A stretch of 63,384 nucleotides of DNA, filler included, from Octopus bimaculoides (GCF_001194135.2; 6 parts of 5 records of this genome joined end to end with filler, not necessarily neighbours in it), one strand, 5' to 3'; positions 44,652-56,384 are shown, counted from the first letter of the whole stretch. Program-made: numbers and translations. Notes: a model not told the origin generated them from the letters alone.

Positions 44652-45035
44652 GGTGCAGGTATTGTTGTGTGGTAAAAAATTTGTTTCCTGACCACATAGT
44701 TCCAGGTTTAGTCCCCACTGTGTGGCACCTTGGGCAGGTGTTTTCTACTGTAGCTTCAGGCTAATCAAAGCCTTGTGAGTAGATTAGCAGGCGGAAACTA
44801 AAAGAAGCCCATTGTATATATATATGTGTGTGTGTGTGTATGTGTCTCCCACCACTGCTTGACAATTGGTGTTGGTGTGTTTACATCCCTGTAACTTAGT
44901 GGTTTGGCAAAAGAGACTGATAAGTAACAGGCTTTACAAAAAATAATAAATACTGGGGTTGATGAATTCCATTAAAATTCTTGGTATCCCAGCATGGCTA
45001 CAGCCTAATGACTGAAACAAGTGAAAGATGAAAGA
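44652..45035 (+). mobile_element. SINE family A, near full length, CpG-depleted
   Basis: Matches the family head (ggtgcaggtattgttgtgtggtaa...) and tail (gactgaaacaagtgaaaga). Confidence 0.8.
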
Positions 45036-45868
45036 TAAAATAACTGTTTCGATGTAGTTTGGTTAATAATTACACTAATGAACACTATTGAAGGCGGAAC
45101 CAAACCTTTGTCTTTAACTACAANNNNNNNNNNNNNNNNNNNNNNNNNNNNNNNNNNNNNNNNNNNNNNNNNNNNNNNNNNNNNNNNNNNNNNNNNNNNN
45201 NNNNNNNNNNNNNNNNNNNNNNNNNNNNNNNNNNNNNNNNNNNNNNNNNNNNNNNNNNNNNNNNNNNNNNNNNNNNNNNNNNNNNNNNNNNNNNNNNNNN
45301 NNNNNNNNNNNNNNNNNNNNNNNNNNNNNNNNNNNNNNNNNNNNNNNNNNNNNNNNNNNNNNNNNNNNNNNNNNNNNNNNNNNNNNNNNNNNCCCCCGTT
45401 TTCCTTTTTAGGAAGAACCCTTTCATATAGCGTGCTTATTTCTGATTAGCTTTCAAGTTTTTAAAACATTTACAAATCTTCTAGTAAATAGAATATTGTT
45501 TGACAAAGCTTTTATCATCTCTAAAATTCCTACGTTTCTTTGATTTGATAATTTGTATTAACCGACAAAATGGCTGTTAAATTATGGTGTTTCACATATT
45601 CAAACAAAATGAGACACTTTTTTGCATCTGTATGTTTGATTGTTAAGAGATTCTACTTCTCCTTTACAATTAAGTAAGCAGTACGAAGAGCATCCAGATG
45701 GGACAAGGACAATAAAACAAAAACAAAAAAACATTTGCTTTATAGACATGTCCATATCTGCAAACTTTAGCTATGTATAATGTATTTCCATTCTATTGAA
45801 ATAAACCTCTGATGTTGTATTTTCCTTTTGTCTAATTTCTATTTTTTTTTTTTTTTTTTTTTCTCCAG

Positions 45869-45977
45869 AAATTAAAGAAAGCTGAAGATTTATCAGTTAT
45901 TGATAGCCGGCTAACTACATTAGAAGCACGGAAACCAGAAAATCGCAACAAAAATCGATATAGGGATGTAAATCCAT
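45869..45977 (+). CDS. PTPN1-like: Internal exon of a classical non-receptor protein tyrosine phosphatase, PTP1B/TC-PTP (PTPN1/PTPN2, Drosophila Ptp61F) type
   Basis: T-tract-ctccAG|exon|GTGAGT. The 109 nt (phase 0 to phase 1) encode KLKKAEDLSVIDSRLTTLEARKPENRNKNRYRDVNP plus 1 nt, which is PTP motif 1 (NxxKNRYxDVxP). The intron after the first base of the codon following Pro matches PTPN1 exon 2. Too short for the ORF track. Confidence 0.9.
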
Positions 45978-48629
45978 GTGAGTCTTAAAACATTACAGTA
46001 TGAAATTATTGAATGGTTTTCTTTGGCTGTATTTTTACAAATCATTAGCAGTCAAAGTAACCAGCAAAAAAAAAAAAAAAGAGAACAGAGACTGTGTAAA
46101 GATAATGCTGTTTGTTTGGACAGGTGCAGCACACTCACTCTCCACTTGACAAATCACACAAGAGATTAATCTATTTCTCTTATAGTAGTGAAAAAAAGAT
46201 GAAACTATCAACTTGTAATATCATTAGTATTGTAAACACTAAAAAGTTAAAACTATGAAAAACTACATTACTCTGTGCAAGACATCATCATTGCTTAATG
46301 TCCATCTTCCAGCATGGAAATGCTGGCATGAGTTGGTTGGTATGACAGGATATGAAGAGCCAGAGGACTTCATTGAGTTCTGCTTTGGTGTGGTTTCTAT
46401 GGCTGGATGCCTTTCCTAATGCCAAACACTTCACAGGGTATACTGGGTGCTTTTTTTCTTTCATGGTACCAGCAGTAGTGAAGTCACAAGATAATCCACA
46501 AGACCCCCCCCCCCTCAACTAAGCTGAAGTGCAGTATTGAGAGAGGTGGCTTTGTGCCAGGCGTTTAAAGGCCAAAGNNNNNNNNNNNNNNNNNNNNNNN
46601 NNNNNNNNNNNNNNNNNNNNNNNNNNNNNNNNNNNNNNNNNNNNNNNNNNNNNNNNNNNNNNNNNNNNNNNNNNNNNNNNNNNNNNNNNNNNNNNNNNNN
46701 NNNNNNNNNNNNNNNNNNNNNNNNNNNNNNNNNNNNNNNNNNNNNNNNNNNNNNNNNNNNNNNNNNNNNNNNNNNNNNNNNNNNNNNNNNNNNNNNNNNN
46801 NNNNNNNNNNNNNNNNNNNNNNNNNNNNNNNNNNNNNNNNNNNNNNNNNNNNNNNNNNNNNNNNNNNNNNNNNNNNNNNNNNNNNNNNNNNNNNNNNNNN
46901 NNNNNNNNNNNNNNNNNNNNNNNNNNNNNNNNNNNNNNNNNATGTTGATGTGCATGTGCTCTCTATATCAATACCTCATCATAACTAATACTATTGGTAT
47001 CATTAGTGCTAAAAGATCCTACTGTATTGCAAAATGCTTAGCAATTGAGTGGCGGGGGGGGGGGCATCTAACTGTCAAAAAGCAATGCCAAAAGAAAATC
47101 ACTTACACAACTACTGTATTCTATATAAATACATTTGTACAGACACTGTCTCTGCTGTATAAATACCCTAGTCTAAATAAGTACATTAACACCTCTAACA
47201 CCATTGATATTATGAAAGCTTACAGGTTAAATTGAAATCTAAACTGCTAGAACTTCCTGTTAAACAGGAAATGGTTTGCATCATTTGACACGACTGATTT
47301 CACATCTATTAATGTTTCATTCTGATATTACTTCCTCTTTGCAGACCACCAGGGCAGTAAAACAAATTACAACACAATTCTTTCAAGTCCTAGCTTTATC
47401 ATAAACATAATATCTATCTTGCTATATAGGAATGTATTTTGTGCAGTGTGTTGAATAAGAGACAATCTGACATCTTTAATTGACAAAATTTTGTCCATTG
47501 CCAAATATTTACAGTATTTAATTATCTGATATTTTATGTTTGTTTTTCCTGAATTGAAAAAAATAATTAAAAAAAAAACTCTTTAATTTGCCTCTATTTG
47601 GATGTTTTTCCCCCTGTATCAGTTGTGTTCAGTTTCCTCTGTTTGTTGTATTGTTTTCTGCTTTAGTTTAAATAAGGAAATTTTTTAGAATCTAACAACC
47701 TTAGTCTTGGTCCGTCCCACTCTACATAGAACATCAGGTAACCGAAGTTAACAATAGTTATGTAATTATTGGTTAGCACATTTGAAACCAGGGTTGTTGA
47801 GCTAGTACACAAAAAACTTTTTGACTCTGACTCCAACCCACCAATTTATGGTGCCTCCAACTCTGATTACAACTCTTCAATTTGTAATCAGTATTAATCA
47901 TCTATTTCTTATATGGATTGAAAGTACATACCATACAAGGCTAAAGTGAATTATTGGGTTACATTTAGCACCCTAACCTGTTAAAGTTTAGTTTTAAAGA
48001 TTATAGCAAAGATATGGCTTTTTAATATTGTTTATAATTTGATCTTATTCATTTAAGGTAGAATTGTTAGCATGCCGGGCAAAATGCTAAGCAGCATATT
48101 ATCTGTTTTCGGCTGACTTTGCCTTACATCCTTTTGGGGTTGGAAAAATAAGCACCAGTTGAGCACTGGGGTCAGTGTAATCAATTTGCCACTTCCTCGA
48201 AATTGCTGGCCTTGTGCCAAAATTTGAAACAAATATTATTTATTAAAGAAATTATAAACAACTGAGCATAAGACAAAACTATCAAAGGAAAAAAAAAAGA
48301 CTTTTTGTTGTAAAGTCTTCAAAGAAATAAATTACAAAAATACTACAAATGAACATCTGGAACATAGTCTACCATTCATAAAATATGGAGTACATCAAAG
48401 TTAAAGCTATAAGACAGAAAGAACAGCTAAACAATTTAACAAATGGCTACTTTAAAAGATATAAACTTAATTAGATATGTAACCTCTCCTTTTCAGAATT
48501 AAAATAAATATAAAATTTAAGTGAATTTAACAGGAAAGATTACATTAAATGAAATAGAAATTATATTGTAAAAGATTGAAAAGTTTATCTGTATGAAATT
48601 TAAGGCGACATTTTGTATTTTGTATCTAT

Positions 48630-49017
48630 TGTTGTTGGCACTCCATCGCTTATTACGTCGAGGGTTCCAGTTAATCCGATCAACGGAACAGCCTGCTCAT
48701 GAAATTAATGTGCAAGTGGCTGAGCACTCCACATACACATGTACCCTTAACGTAGTTCTCGGGGATATTCAGCGTGACACAGAGTGTAACAAGGCTGACC
48801 CTTTGAATTACAGGCACAACAGAAACAGGAAGATAGTGTGAAAGAAAGTTGTGGTGGAAGAGTACAGCAAGGTTCGCCACCATCCCCTGCTGGAGCCTCA
48901 TGGAACTTTAGGCGTTTTCGCTCAATAAACACTCACAACGCCCGGTCTGGGAATCGAAACCGCGATCCTATGACCGCGAGTCCGTTGCCCTAACCACTGG
49001 GCCACTGCGCCTCCACT
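48630..49017 (-). mobile_element. tRNA-derived SINE family C, second copy
   Basis: Aligns end to end with 35565-35948. Confidence 0.85.
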
Positions 49018-49668
49018 GTATCTATTGATTAGAGAAGAAAATAGATTTTCTAACATTTTTTCTCCTGAGAACCAGGATTACTTCCACCAAATTTTGCTTC
49101 ATTAAAAGGCCTTAAATTTGATTTGATTGTTTTCATTGCATAAAATGAAATAGTATCTGTGAAATTATAAATAGCAACGTAATGCATTAAAATTTCCACT
49201 TTGTTGGAGTTGACTCTGAGACTCCAGCAGTCTGATAATTGCTTGACTCTGACTCTCTGATGCTGATTACACAGCCTTGTTTGAAACTGCTTCCCCAGCT
49301 CCATTATCACATCGTACAGTATATGACAGCTGCAGTTGTACAGGCATGAATATCTGGATATAAATATAATGTTTTGTATAGGATATGGATAGTGCAGTTG
49401 TACTGGATTTGGGTGGTGAATTGTGTTGGATTTGATTGCTGCAGTTATTCAATACAAGACGGCTGCAGTTGCACTTGACATGATTTTTGCTGTTGTTGTT
49501 CTTCTTCATCAACTCATAATTACTATCTTTAAAACCTTTAACTACCACAATTCTATAATTATTGAATATTTCGTAATCTTAGCCACGAACTGCCTATGTA
49601 TTTATGTGTATATGTGTGTGTGCATATATCTATATCTGTCTCTCTCTCGCTCTCTCTATCTCTCTCTC

Positions 49669-49744
<76 letters not shown>

Positions 49745-49973
49745 TTTTAGTGTTCTGATTTATTTATTCACATTGCTTTGAATTAATCACATATTATTTT
49801 GTAGCTTTGTAGCTTCAAGATTTCAATTATGTGTTTCTCTATGTTGAGAATGACATTGTAGGTTAGGTATGAGAGATTGGATCTGGACAGTTTTAACATA
49901 AAACAGGTAGAATATTTGGGGTAGATATGACTGGATTAAATGCTAAAGGGATATGTATATATGTGTGTGCGTG

Positions 49974-50007
<34 letters not shown>

Positions 50008-50106
50008 TATATGTATATATGTGTGTGTGTGTATGTATAAATATGTATCTATATATGTATGGATGTATATATATGTATGTATGTGTGTATATACATATAT
50101 GTATAT

Positions 50107-50333
50107 ATCATCATCATCGTTTAACGTCCGCTTTCCATGCTAGCATGGGTTGGACGATTTGACTGAGGACTGGTGAAACCGGATGGCAACACCAGGCTCC
50201 AGTCTGATTTGGCAGAGTTTCTACAGCTGGATGCCCTTCCTAACGCCAACCACTCAGAGAGTGTAGTGGGTGCTTTTACGTGTCACCCGCACGAAAACGG
50301 CCACGCTCGAAATGGTGTCTTTTATGTGCCACC
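50107..50333 (-). mobile_element. RTE-type 3' tail of a SINE/LINE (young, CpG-rich copy)
   Basis: The minus strand ends ggttggcgttaggaagggcatccagc...catgctagcatggaaagcggacgttaaacgatgatgatga. Related pieces at about 33420-33590(+), 35130-35325(+), 36445-36760(-), 40430-40580(+), 46285-46577(-). Confidence 0.7.
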
Positions 50334-50433
50334 NNNNNNNNNNNNNNNNNNNNNNNNNNNNNNNNNNNNNNNNNNNNTTAATTAATTAANNNNNNNNNNN
50401 NNNNNNNNNNNNNNNNNNNNNNNNNNNNNNNNN

Positions 50434-50797
50434 GTAAAATTATTAATGTAATAATGTAAGAGTTGAGGATGTATAGTTAATTTATTTGCATCATAGTTTG
50501 TTTTTAAGATTTAAATACAAATAAATTTTTAAAAAAAACATAATAGAAGACTCAAAATACCAACATATGTTTCGACTCTGGCCCCTTAGTAATGCATAAT
50601 TCGAGGCATTTGGGTTAAATCCAATGTTAAGAATTTAAGTTGTAAGGAATAGAATCTCTGTAAGGGTAGAAACATATGTAGGTTTTTTGAGTCTTCTATT
50701 ATGCTTTTTTTTATTTATTTGTATCCATATCTTAAAACAAACTATGATGCAAATAAATTAACTTTACATCTTCATTTTCTTACATTATCAATTTTGC
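50434..50797. mobile_element. MITE-like foldback element with ~130-140 bp terminal inverted repeats
   Basis: 50434-50573 is the reverse complement of 50669-50797 (e.g. agttaatttatttgcatcatagtttg and cataatagaagactcaaaa); ~95 bp spacer; the left end abuts a gap. Confidence 0.75.
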
Positions 50798-50883
50798 CTT
50801 TTGTAATAATCCATAACGCAACGTAGAAACATTCTTCTATTGTGATAGAGATTACGCCAGTGAAATTTCGGATTTATTAATCG

Positions 50884-50963
50884 CTAATGAGGATAAGATA
50901 TCCTTGGATTGACTGACTATATACGAAGGGATATCCATAATATCCCAAAAACAGCTGTAAGAC
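50884..50963 (+). ncRNA. Decayed hammerhead motif
   Basis: CUAAUGA-GGAUA...UAUCC-C-AAAA-ACAGCUGU-A-agac: stem II and the palindromic stem III (ACAGCUGU) are retained, but core G5 and G12 read A. Confidence 0.45.
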
Positions 50964-51924
50964 TATATCTTTTTCCTTATAAATATCCTGAAAACTTCTC
51001 ACAGTCTTGGCTTTGTTATCTCATTTTGTTTAATATATATATATATANNNNNNNNNNNNNNNNNNNNNNNNNNNNNNNNNNNNNNNNNNNNNNNNNNNNN
51101 NNNNNNNNNNNNNNNNNNNNNNNNNNNNNNNNNNNNNNNNNNNNNNNNNNNNNNNNNNNNNNNNNNNNNNNNNNNNNNNNNNNNNNNNNNNNNNNNNNNN
51201 NNNNNNNNNNNNNNNNNNNNNNNNNNNNNNNNNNNNNNNNNNTAACAGAGTTATTAGTGAGGGATTATCAATTCGGGCAAAATACTAAAAAAAAGCTCTT
51301 TGTTAGTACACCGCGCTAACAATATTATTTAAATTAGTAAAGAACTCCGCAAATTCTTGTGGCAGGGTCTGAAGCTATAGTCACCATTCTATATTGTAAG
51401 TCTATATACCGGGGTGAATGTATGGTAAGAAGCTTGCTTCCCAACCACATGGTTCCGGGTTCAATCCCACAGTGTGGCACTCTGGGCAAACGTCTTCTAC
51501 TATAGTCTCGGGCTGACCAAAGCCTTGTGAGTGGATCCTTCCCTGAACGTCTTTTGACACTTTGCATGTACCACCTTCTCGCGTTGTTTTCTTTGTGTTC
51601 GTATGCGTATTTTTCTGTATTTACTGTCGAAATTATGTATGCATATATGTATGTATGTATGTATGCATGTATGTATGTGTGTATGCATATATGCATGTAT
51701 GTTGGTATATGGTTTTATTTGTAGATTTCTTGCCAAGAGAGAAAGAGCAGGTTTGTAACCTAGATCCAAAGCTCTTTCATTGAAATTCCGGCATCAACAG
51801 TATAGTTGTACGTGCATGTGTGTATATGTGCAAGTATTTGAAGTCAGTGCATGTGCAGATTTGTATGTTTTGTTTTATGTCTATGTACTGATACATATCG
51901 CTGCACGTCTGCACATGTGCATAT

Positions 51925-52440
51925 GTACTTATATGCTTAACTTTTGGAAAATTTTACATGTTTTGACAGTTCTGTTGTTGGTTTGTATCTGTAGTCTTCT
52001 AATTAGCTTTCTCTTTTCCGGTTTTAAGACGCCTAATATTTCAATATTGGTTTTGGGGTAGTGTGTTACACATCCTAGTGTCCCAATAATTAGGAGTATA
52101 AATCTGAACTTGTGATCAGAGTGAAGTATCTGTAAACTTCTCAATAGTTCAGGGAGGTATTTTCTTTTCCGCTGATCTTTAGCTTTATGTTGACATCCGT
52201 CGGACAGCAGATGTCCGTTACTGTATGTGCTGTCTCTTCTCCGTCCCCATTTCACTATGTCTAATCTATTATGTTTGCATGCTATTGAGGTTTTCACAGT
52301 GACATTCCAACAGTTTTCTTTCATATTATATTTGATTATGGGTCCTACCCATAATCAAACTTATATCTTTGGTCTCAGGTTTATCCTTCCGACAGATTTC
52401 ATTGTACAGTCTTGGCTACTAAGTGTCTCATCGGTAGATG
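51925..52440 (-). mobile_element. 3' end of an R4/Dong-like RLE retrotransposon, degenerate
   Basis: ORF 51929-52324 reads WNVTVKTSIACKHNRLDIV...YLPELLRSLQILHSDHKFRFILLIIGTLG...LIRRLQIQ..RTVKTCKIF, typical of the RLE C-terminus (RPDIV, PIIIGxLG). Confidence 0.7.
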
Positions 52441-52683
52441 ATAACGAGAGAGTATTTTCGGACAACCGCTTATGATGAGATTGATATTTTCAGTATTAAC
52501 TCCATAAAGTCTACATCAGTTATCACATTTCGGCGGTTTTCCTCCTTTTCTGGCCCTCTTGTGCGTCAGGAATTTAGTAGCTGTTTTTTGTTTCTGTATT
52601 GCAAACGCATACTCTTGAAAGTGAGAGTTAGTGGCTCTGTTGTTAGTCCACGATAGACTGCTTTGATAATCAATGCTGCTGCC

Positions 52684-52756
52684 ACCATGAAGCTTTCTGT
52701 TAACATCTCCACGTATGGTCTTCTACCAATAGACATTCATCCTCTCATCAGATGAC
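52684..52756 (-). ncRNA. Possible hammerhead motif with poorly closed stem II
   Basis: The minus strand reads GUCAU-CUGAUGA...AAUGUCU/AGAUGUU internal helix...GAAAGCUUC|AUGGU. The base of stem II is unpaired, and the stem I 5' strand overlaps a SINE boundary. Confidence 0.35.
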
Positions 52757-52960
52757 AACCAGTGTTGGTGTGTTAACGTACCCGAAACTTAACGGTTCGG
52801 CAAAGCAGACGATAGGATAAGGACCAAGTTTTGAAAAATAAGTACCGAGATCGATTTGTTCGACTAAAATTCTTCAAGTCTGCTGAATGAAACAAGTAAA
52901 AGATAAAAGATATGTGCGTACGTGTGTACAAATATATGTATATATGAATATATATGTATG

Positions 52961-53001
<41 letters not shown>

Positions 53002-53703
53002 NNNNNNNNNNNNNNNNNNNNNNNNNNNNNNNNNNNNNNNNNNNNNNNNNNNNNNNNNNNNNNNNNNNNNNNNNNNNNNNNNNNNNNNNNNNNNNNNNNN
53101 NNNNNNNNNNNNNNNNNNNNNNNNNNNNNNNNNNNNNNNNNNNNNNNNNNNNNNNNNNNNNNNNNNNNNNNNNNNNNNNNNNNNNNNNNNNNNNNNNNNN
53201 NNNNNNNNNNNNNNNNNNNNNNNNNNNNNNNNNNNNNNNNNNNNNNNNNNNNNNNNNNNNNNNNNNNNNNNNNNNNNNNNNNNNNNNNNNNNNNNNNNNN
53301 NNNNNNNNNNNNNNNNNNNNNNNNNNNNNNNNNNNNNNNNNNNNNNNNNNNNNNNNNNNNNNNNNNNNNNNNNNNNNNNNNNNNNNNNNNNNNNNNNNNN
53401 NNNNNNNNNNNNNNNNNNNNNNNNNNNNNNNNNNNNNNNNNNNNNNNNNNNNNNNNNNNNNNNNNNNNNNNNNNNNNNNNNNNNNNNNNNNNNNNNNNNN
53501 NNNNNNNNNNNNNNNNNNNNNNNNNNNNNNNNNNNNNNNNNNNNNNNNNNNNNNNNNNNNNNNNNNNNNNNNNNNNNNNNNNNNNATCTATATATAGTAT
53601 ATATTATATATAGTTATATTTCATATACTTATATATTTTAGTATATACGTTTAAGAATTTGTTTTGCAAGATTCCTGATATGAAGTCGTGTATTGAAACA
53701 GAT

Positions 53704-54094
53704 ATTGTTGTATTTGGGGATGGTCTTTTTTTTTTTTGCCAAATAAACACACGCACTATATATTCGTTATTCACTTATTTATTACTGTCCTCATTCTAAC
53801 TCATGTCCATTGTCCAGAAATCTTTCGTCACACATTTATAACTTCCGCAGCAACACTTTCCGTCTTCGTATGTGCTCTTGCTCTGCTTATTCGAGCAGAA
53901 TGGAATAAGCAAAGCAAGAGCACACACAAAGATGGAAAGTGTCACTGAGGGGGTCACAGATGTGTGATGAAAGATTCCTGGACAATGAACATGAGTTAGA
54001 ATAAGAACAGTAATAAATGAGTGAAGAACGAATATATAGTGCATGTGTTTATTTGCATACAAAAATTGAAATGATCATCCCAAAATACAACAAT
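53704..54094. repeat. Imperfect palindrome (~190-bp arms, 10-nt loop)
   Basis: Centre gcttattc-gagcagaatg-gaataagc (loop 53893-53902); ends attgttgtatttggggatggtc / gatcatcccaaaatacaacaat. Explains why ORFs 53736+ and 54062- translate almost identically. Confidence 0.9.
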
Positions 54095-54241
54095 GTGTAA
54101 GTATATATATATATATATATATATACATATATATATACGTGTTTATATACACACACACACACACACACNNNNNNNNNNNNNNNNNNNNNNNNNNNNNNNN
54201 NNNNNNNNNNNNNNNNNNNNNNNNNNNNNNNNNNNNNNNNN

Positions 54242-54285
<44 letters not shown>

Positions 54286-54427
54286 ATGTTATATATATAT
54301 ATATATATGTATATATGTTTGTATACATGTATATGTGTATGTGCGCGTGCGCGAGTGTAAATCTATGTAGTAGACACACAAATATGAGAAAGTTAATTAT
54401 TTCTCTAAAGGGAGAAAAAAAATGATG

Positions 54428-54478
54428 AACACCCTTTAATTGATTTTCGACCCTTACCGGATCCTCGTCAGAGGTGTT
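54428..54478 (-). ncRNA. Type I hammerhead ribozyme motif, core intact, imperfect cleavage junction
   Basis: The minus strand reads AACACCU-CUGACGA-G-GAUCC-GGUAA-GGGUC-GAAA-AUCAAUU-A-AA-GGGUGUU: 7-bp stem I, 5-bp stem II, 2-bp stem III, and two unpaired A 3' of the cleavage site. Confidence 0.6.
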
Positions 54479-55641
54479 ACCATCACTTGACCAATCTCAG
54501 AGAAACAAGTTGCCAATCTGTTAAACAGCTTCAGAAAACTGGAGTTACTACTATATGTATATGTTGTACAGACGTGTGAGCGTGTGTGTGTGTGTGTGTG
54601 TAATAGATACAGGAAATACAGAGTTCTTCAGGATTTCACTTCGCAACTAGAATCCTAATTTGATCAACTTGCGTGACATTTTGGCCGTATGACGTTTTCA
54701 TAAAACGGGTAGACCTAACACAACTGAAAGAATTTAGGTTTACATTCAATGTGTTGGATAGCGTTGGATGGACTAAAACGTAAGTTAAACACCAACATTA
54801 TCGCATATGTGTCACCTTGATTCTACATGTGAATTGATTACATTAAGGGTACACGTATTTGTGGAATAAACAGCCGCAATTTAATTATTATCCAGTGGAT
54901 TGAACATATAACTGAACGCTCATTCCTCGAAATCGACGGAAGAGTTCATCAAACATTTATACATACATGCATACATACATACATACATACGTACATACAT
55001 ACATACATGCGCTCATACACAAACACGCACGTATATATATTATGTATATATATATATATACATGTATCTACAATCATATATATTATATATACACACACAC
55101 ACACGCACACACGCGCATGCACATGCGCTCGCACACGCACACATATATACAAGGTGGTGCAAAAGTAGGTATACAGTTATGAAAAGAGAAAACTTGTACA
55201 CTACTCATTTATTTTTAACAAAATAATTAAAAGTTACGATAAATGTATTATTATGATTAATGACACTTAAAATATCAATANNNNNNNNNNNNNNNNNNNN
55301 NNNNNNNNNNNNNNNNNNNNNNNNTTAATTAATTAANNNNNNNNNNNNNNNNNNNNNNNNNNNNNNNNNNNNNNNNNNNNTGTGTGTGTGTGTGTATGTG
55401 TGTATGTATGTGTATGTATGCATATGTATACGGGTAAAGGAACGGGTAATATAGTATAGTAAATAGAAATAAACAAATTAATTAATTAATCTAGGGGAAA
55501 TTCACAGGAGAGCAATAAAAATAGAAAATTAAGGAGTTATCTCCCCTATAATAACAAAGATGAAATCTAACGGGATTTTAAGGATTTTAAGAATTTAATG
55601 ATCGTTATGTATGTGTTTTTTCGTGTTTTGTTCGGATGGTA

Positions 55642-55727
55642 ACCACTCCTGAAGAAGTGCCAAATGTCAAAATCCAATGGACCAGTCACTGGATAAGTTT
55701 GGCACAGAAATGTTAACATAGAGTGGT
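55642..55727 (+). ncRNA. Type I hammerhead ribozyme motif, core intact, palindromic stem III
   Basis: Stem I ACCACUC/GAGUGGU (7 bp); CUGAAGA 55649-55; stem II GUGCCAAAU/GUUUGGCAC (9 bp); GAAA 55707-10; stem III is the perfect palindrome AUGUUAACAU; predicted cleavage AUA| after 55720. Confidence 0.85.
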
Positions 55728-56350
55728 GCATAAATCGATATATCGAGGTTGAAGTCTCTGTCTCTTTTGAATATGAAAATTTAAAAGTTAAAAACCTTAT
55801 GANNNNNNNNNNNNNNNNNNNNNNNNNNNNNNNNNNNNNNNNNNNNNNNNNNNNNNNNNNNNNNNNNNNNNNNNNNNNNNNNNNNNNNNNNNNNNNNNNN
55901 NNNNNNNNNNNNNNNNNNNNNNNNNNNNNNNNNNNNNNNNNNNNNNNNNNNNNNNNNNNNNNNNNNNNNNNNNNNNNNNNNNNNNNNNNNNNNNNNNNNN
56001 NNNNNNNNNNNNNNNNNNNNNNNNNNNNNNNNNNNNNNNNNNNNNNNNNNNNNNNNNNNNNNNNNNNNNNNNNNNNNNNNNNNNNNNNNNNNNNNNNNNN
56101 NNNNNNNNNNNNNNNNNNNNNNNNNNNNNNNNNNNNNNNNNNNNNNNNNNNNNNNNNNNNNNNNNNNNNNNNNNNNNNNNNNNNNNNNNNNNNNNNNNNN
56201 NNNNNNNNNNNNNNNNNNNNNNNNNNNNNNNNNNNNNNNNNNNNNNNNNNNNNNNNNNNNNNNNNNNNNNNNNNNNNNNNNNNNNNNNNNNNNNNNNNNN
56301 NNNNNNNNNNNNNNNNNNNNNNNNNNNNNNNNNNNNNNNNNNNNNNNNNN

Positions 56351-56384
<34 letters not shown>

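Noticed and set aside
47345-47455. Acceptor-like ttcctctttgcAG as possible next PTP exon
   Set aside because: It would encode YHQGSK..., not the required YDHSR...DYINA.
50163-50185. CTGAGGA-ctggt-GAAA hammerhead-like spacing
   Set aside because: No stem II possible; lies inside an RTE-type tail.
53736-54062. Two near-identical small hydrophobic proteins on opposite strands
   Set aside because: Consequence of the DNA palindrome at 53704-54094.
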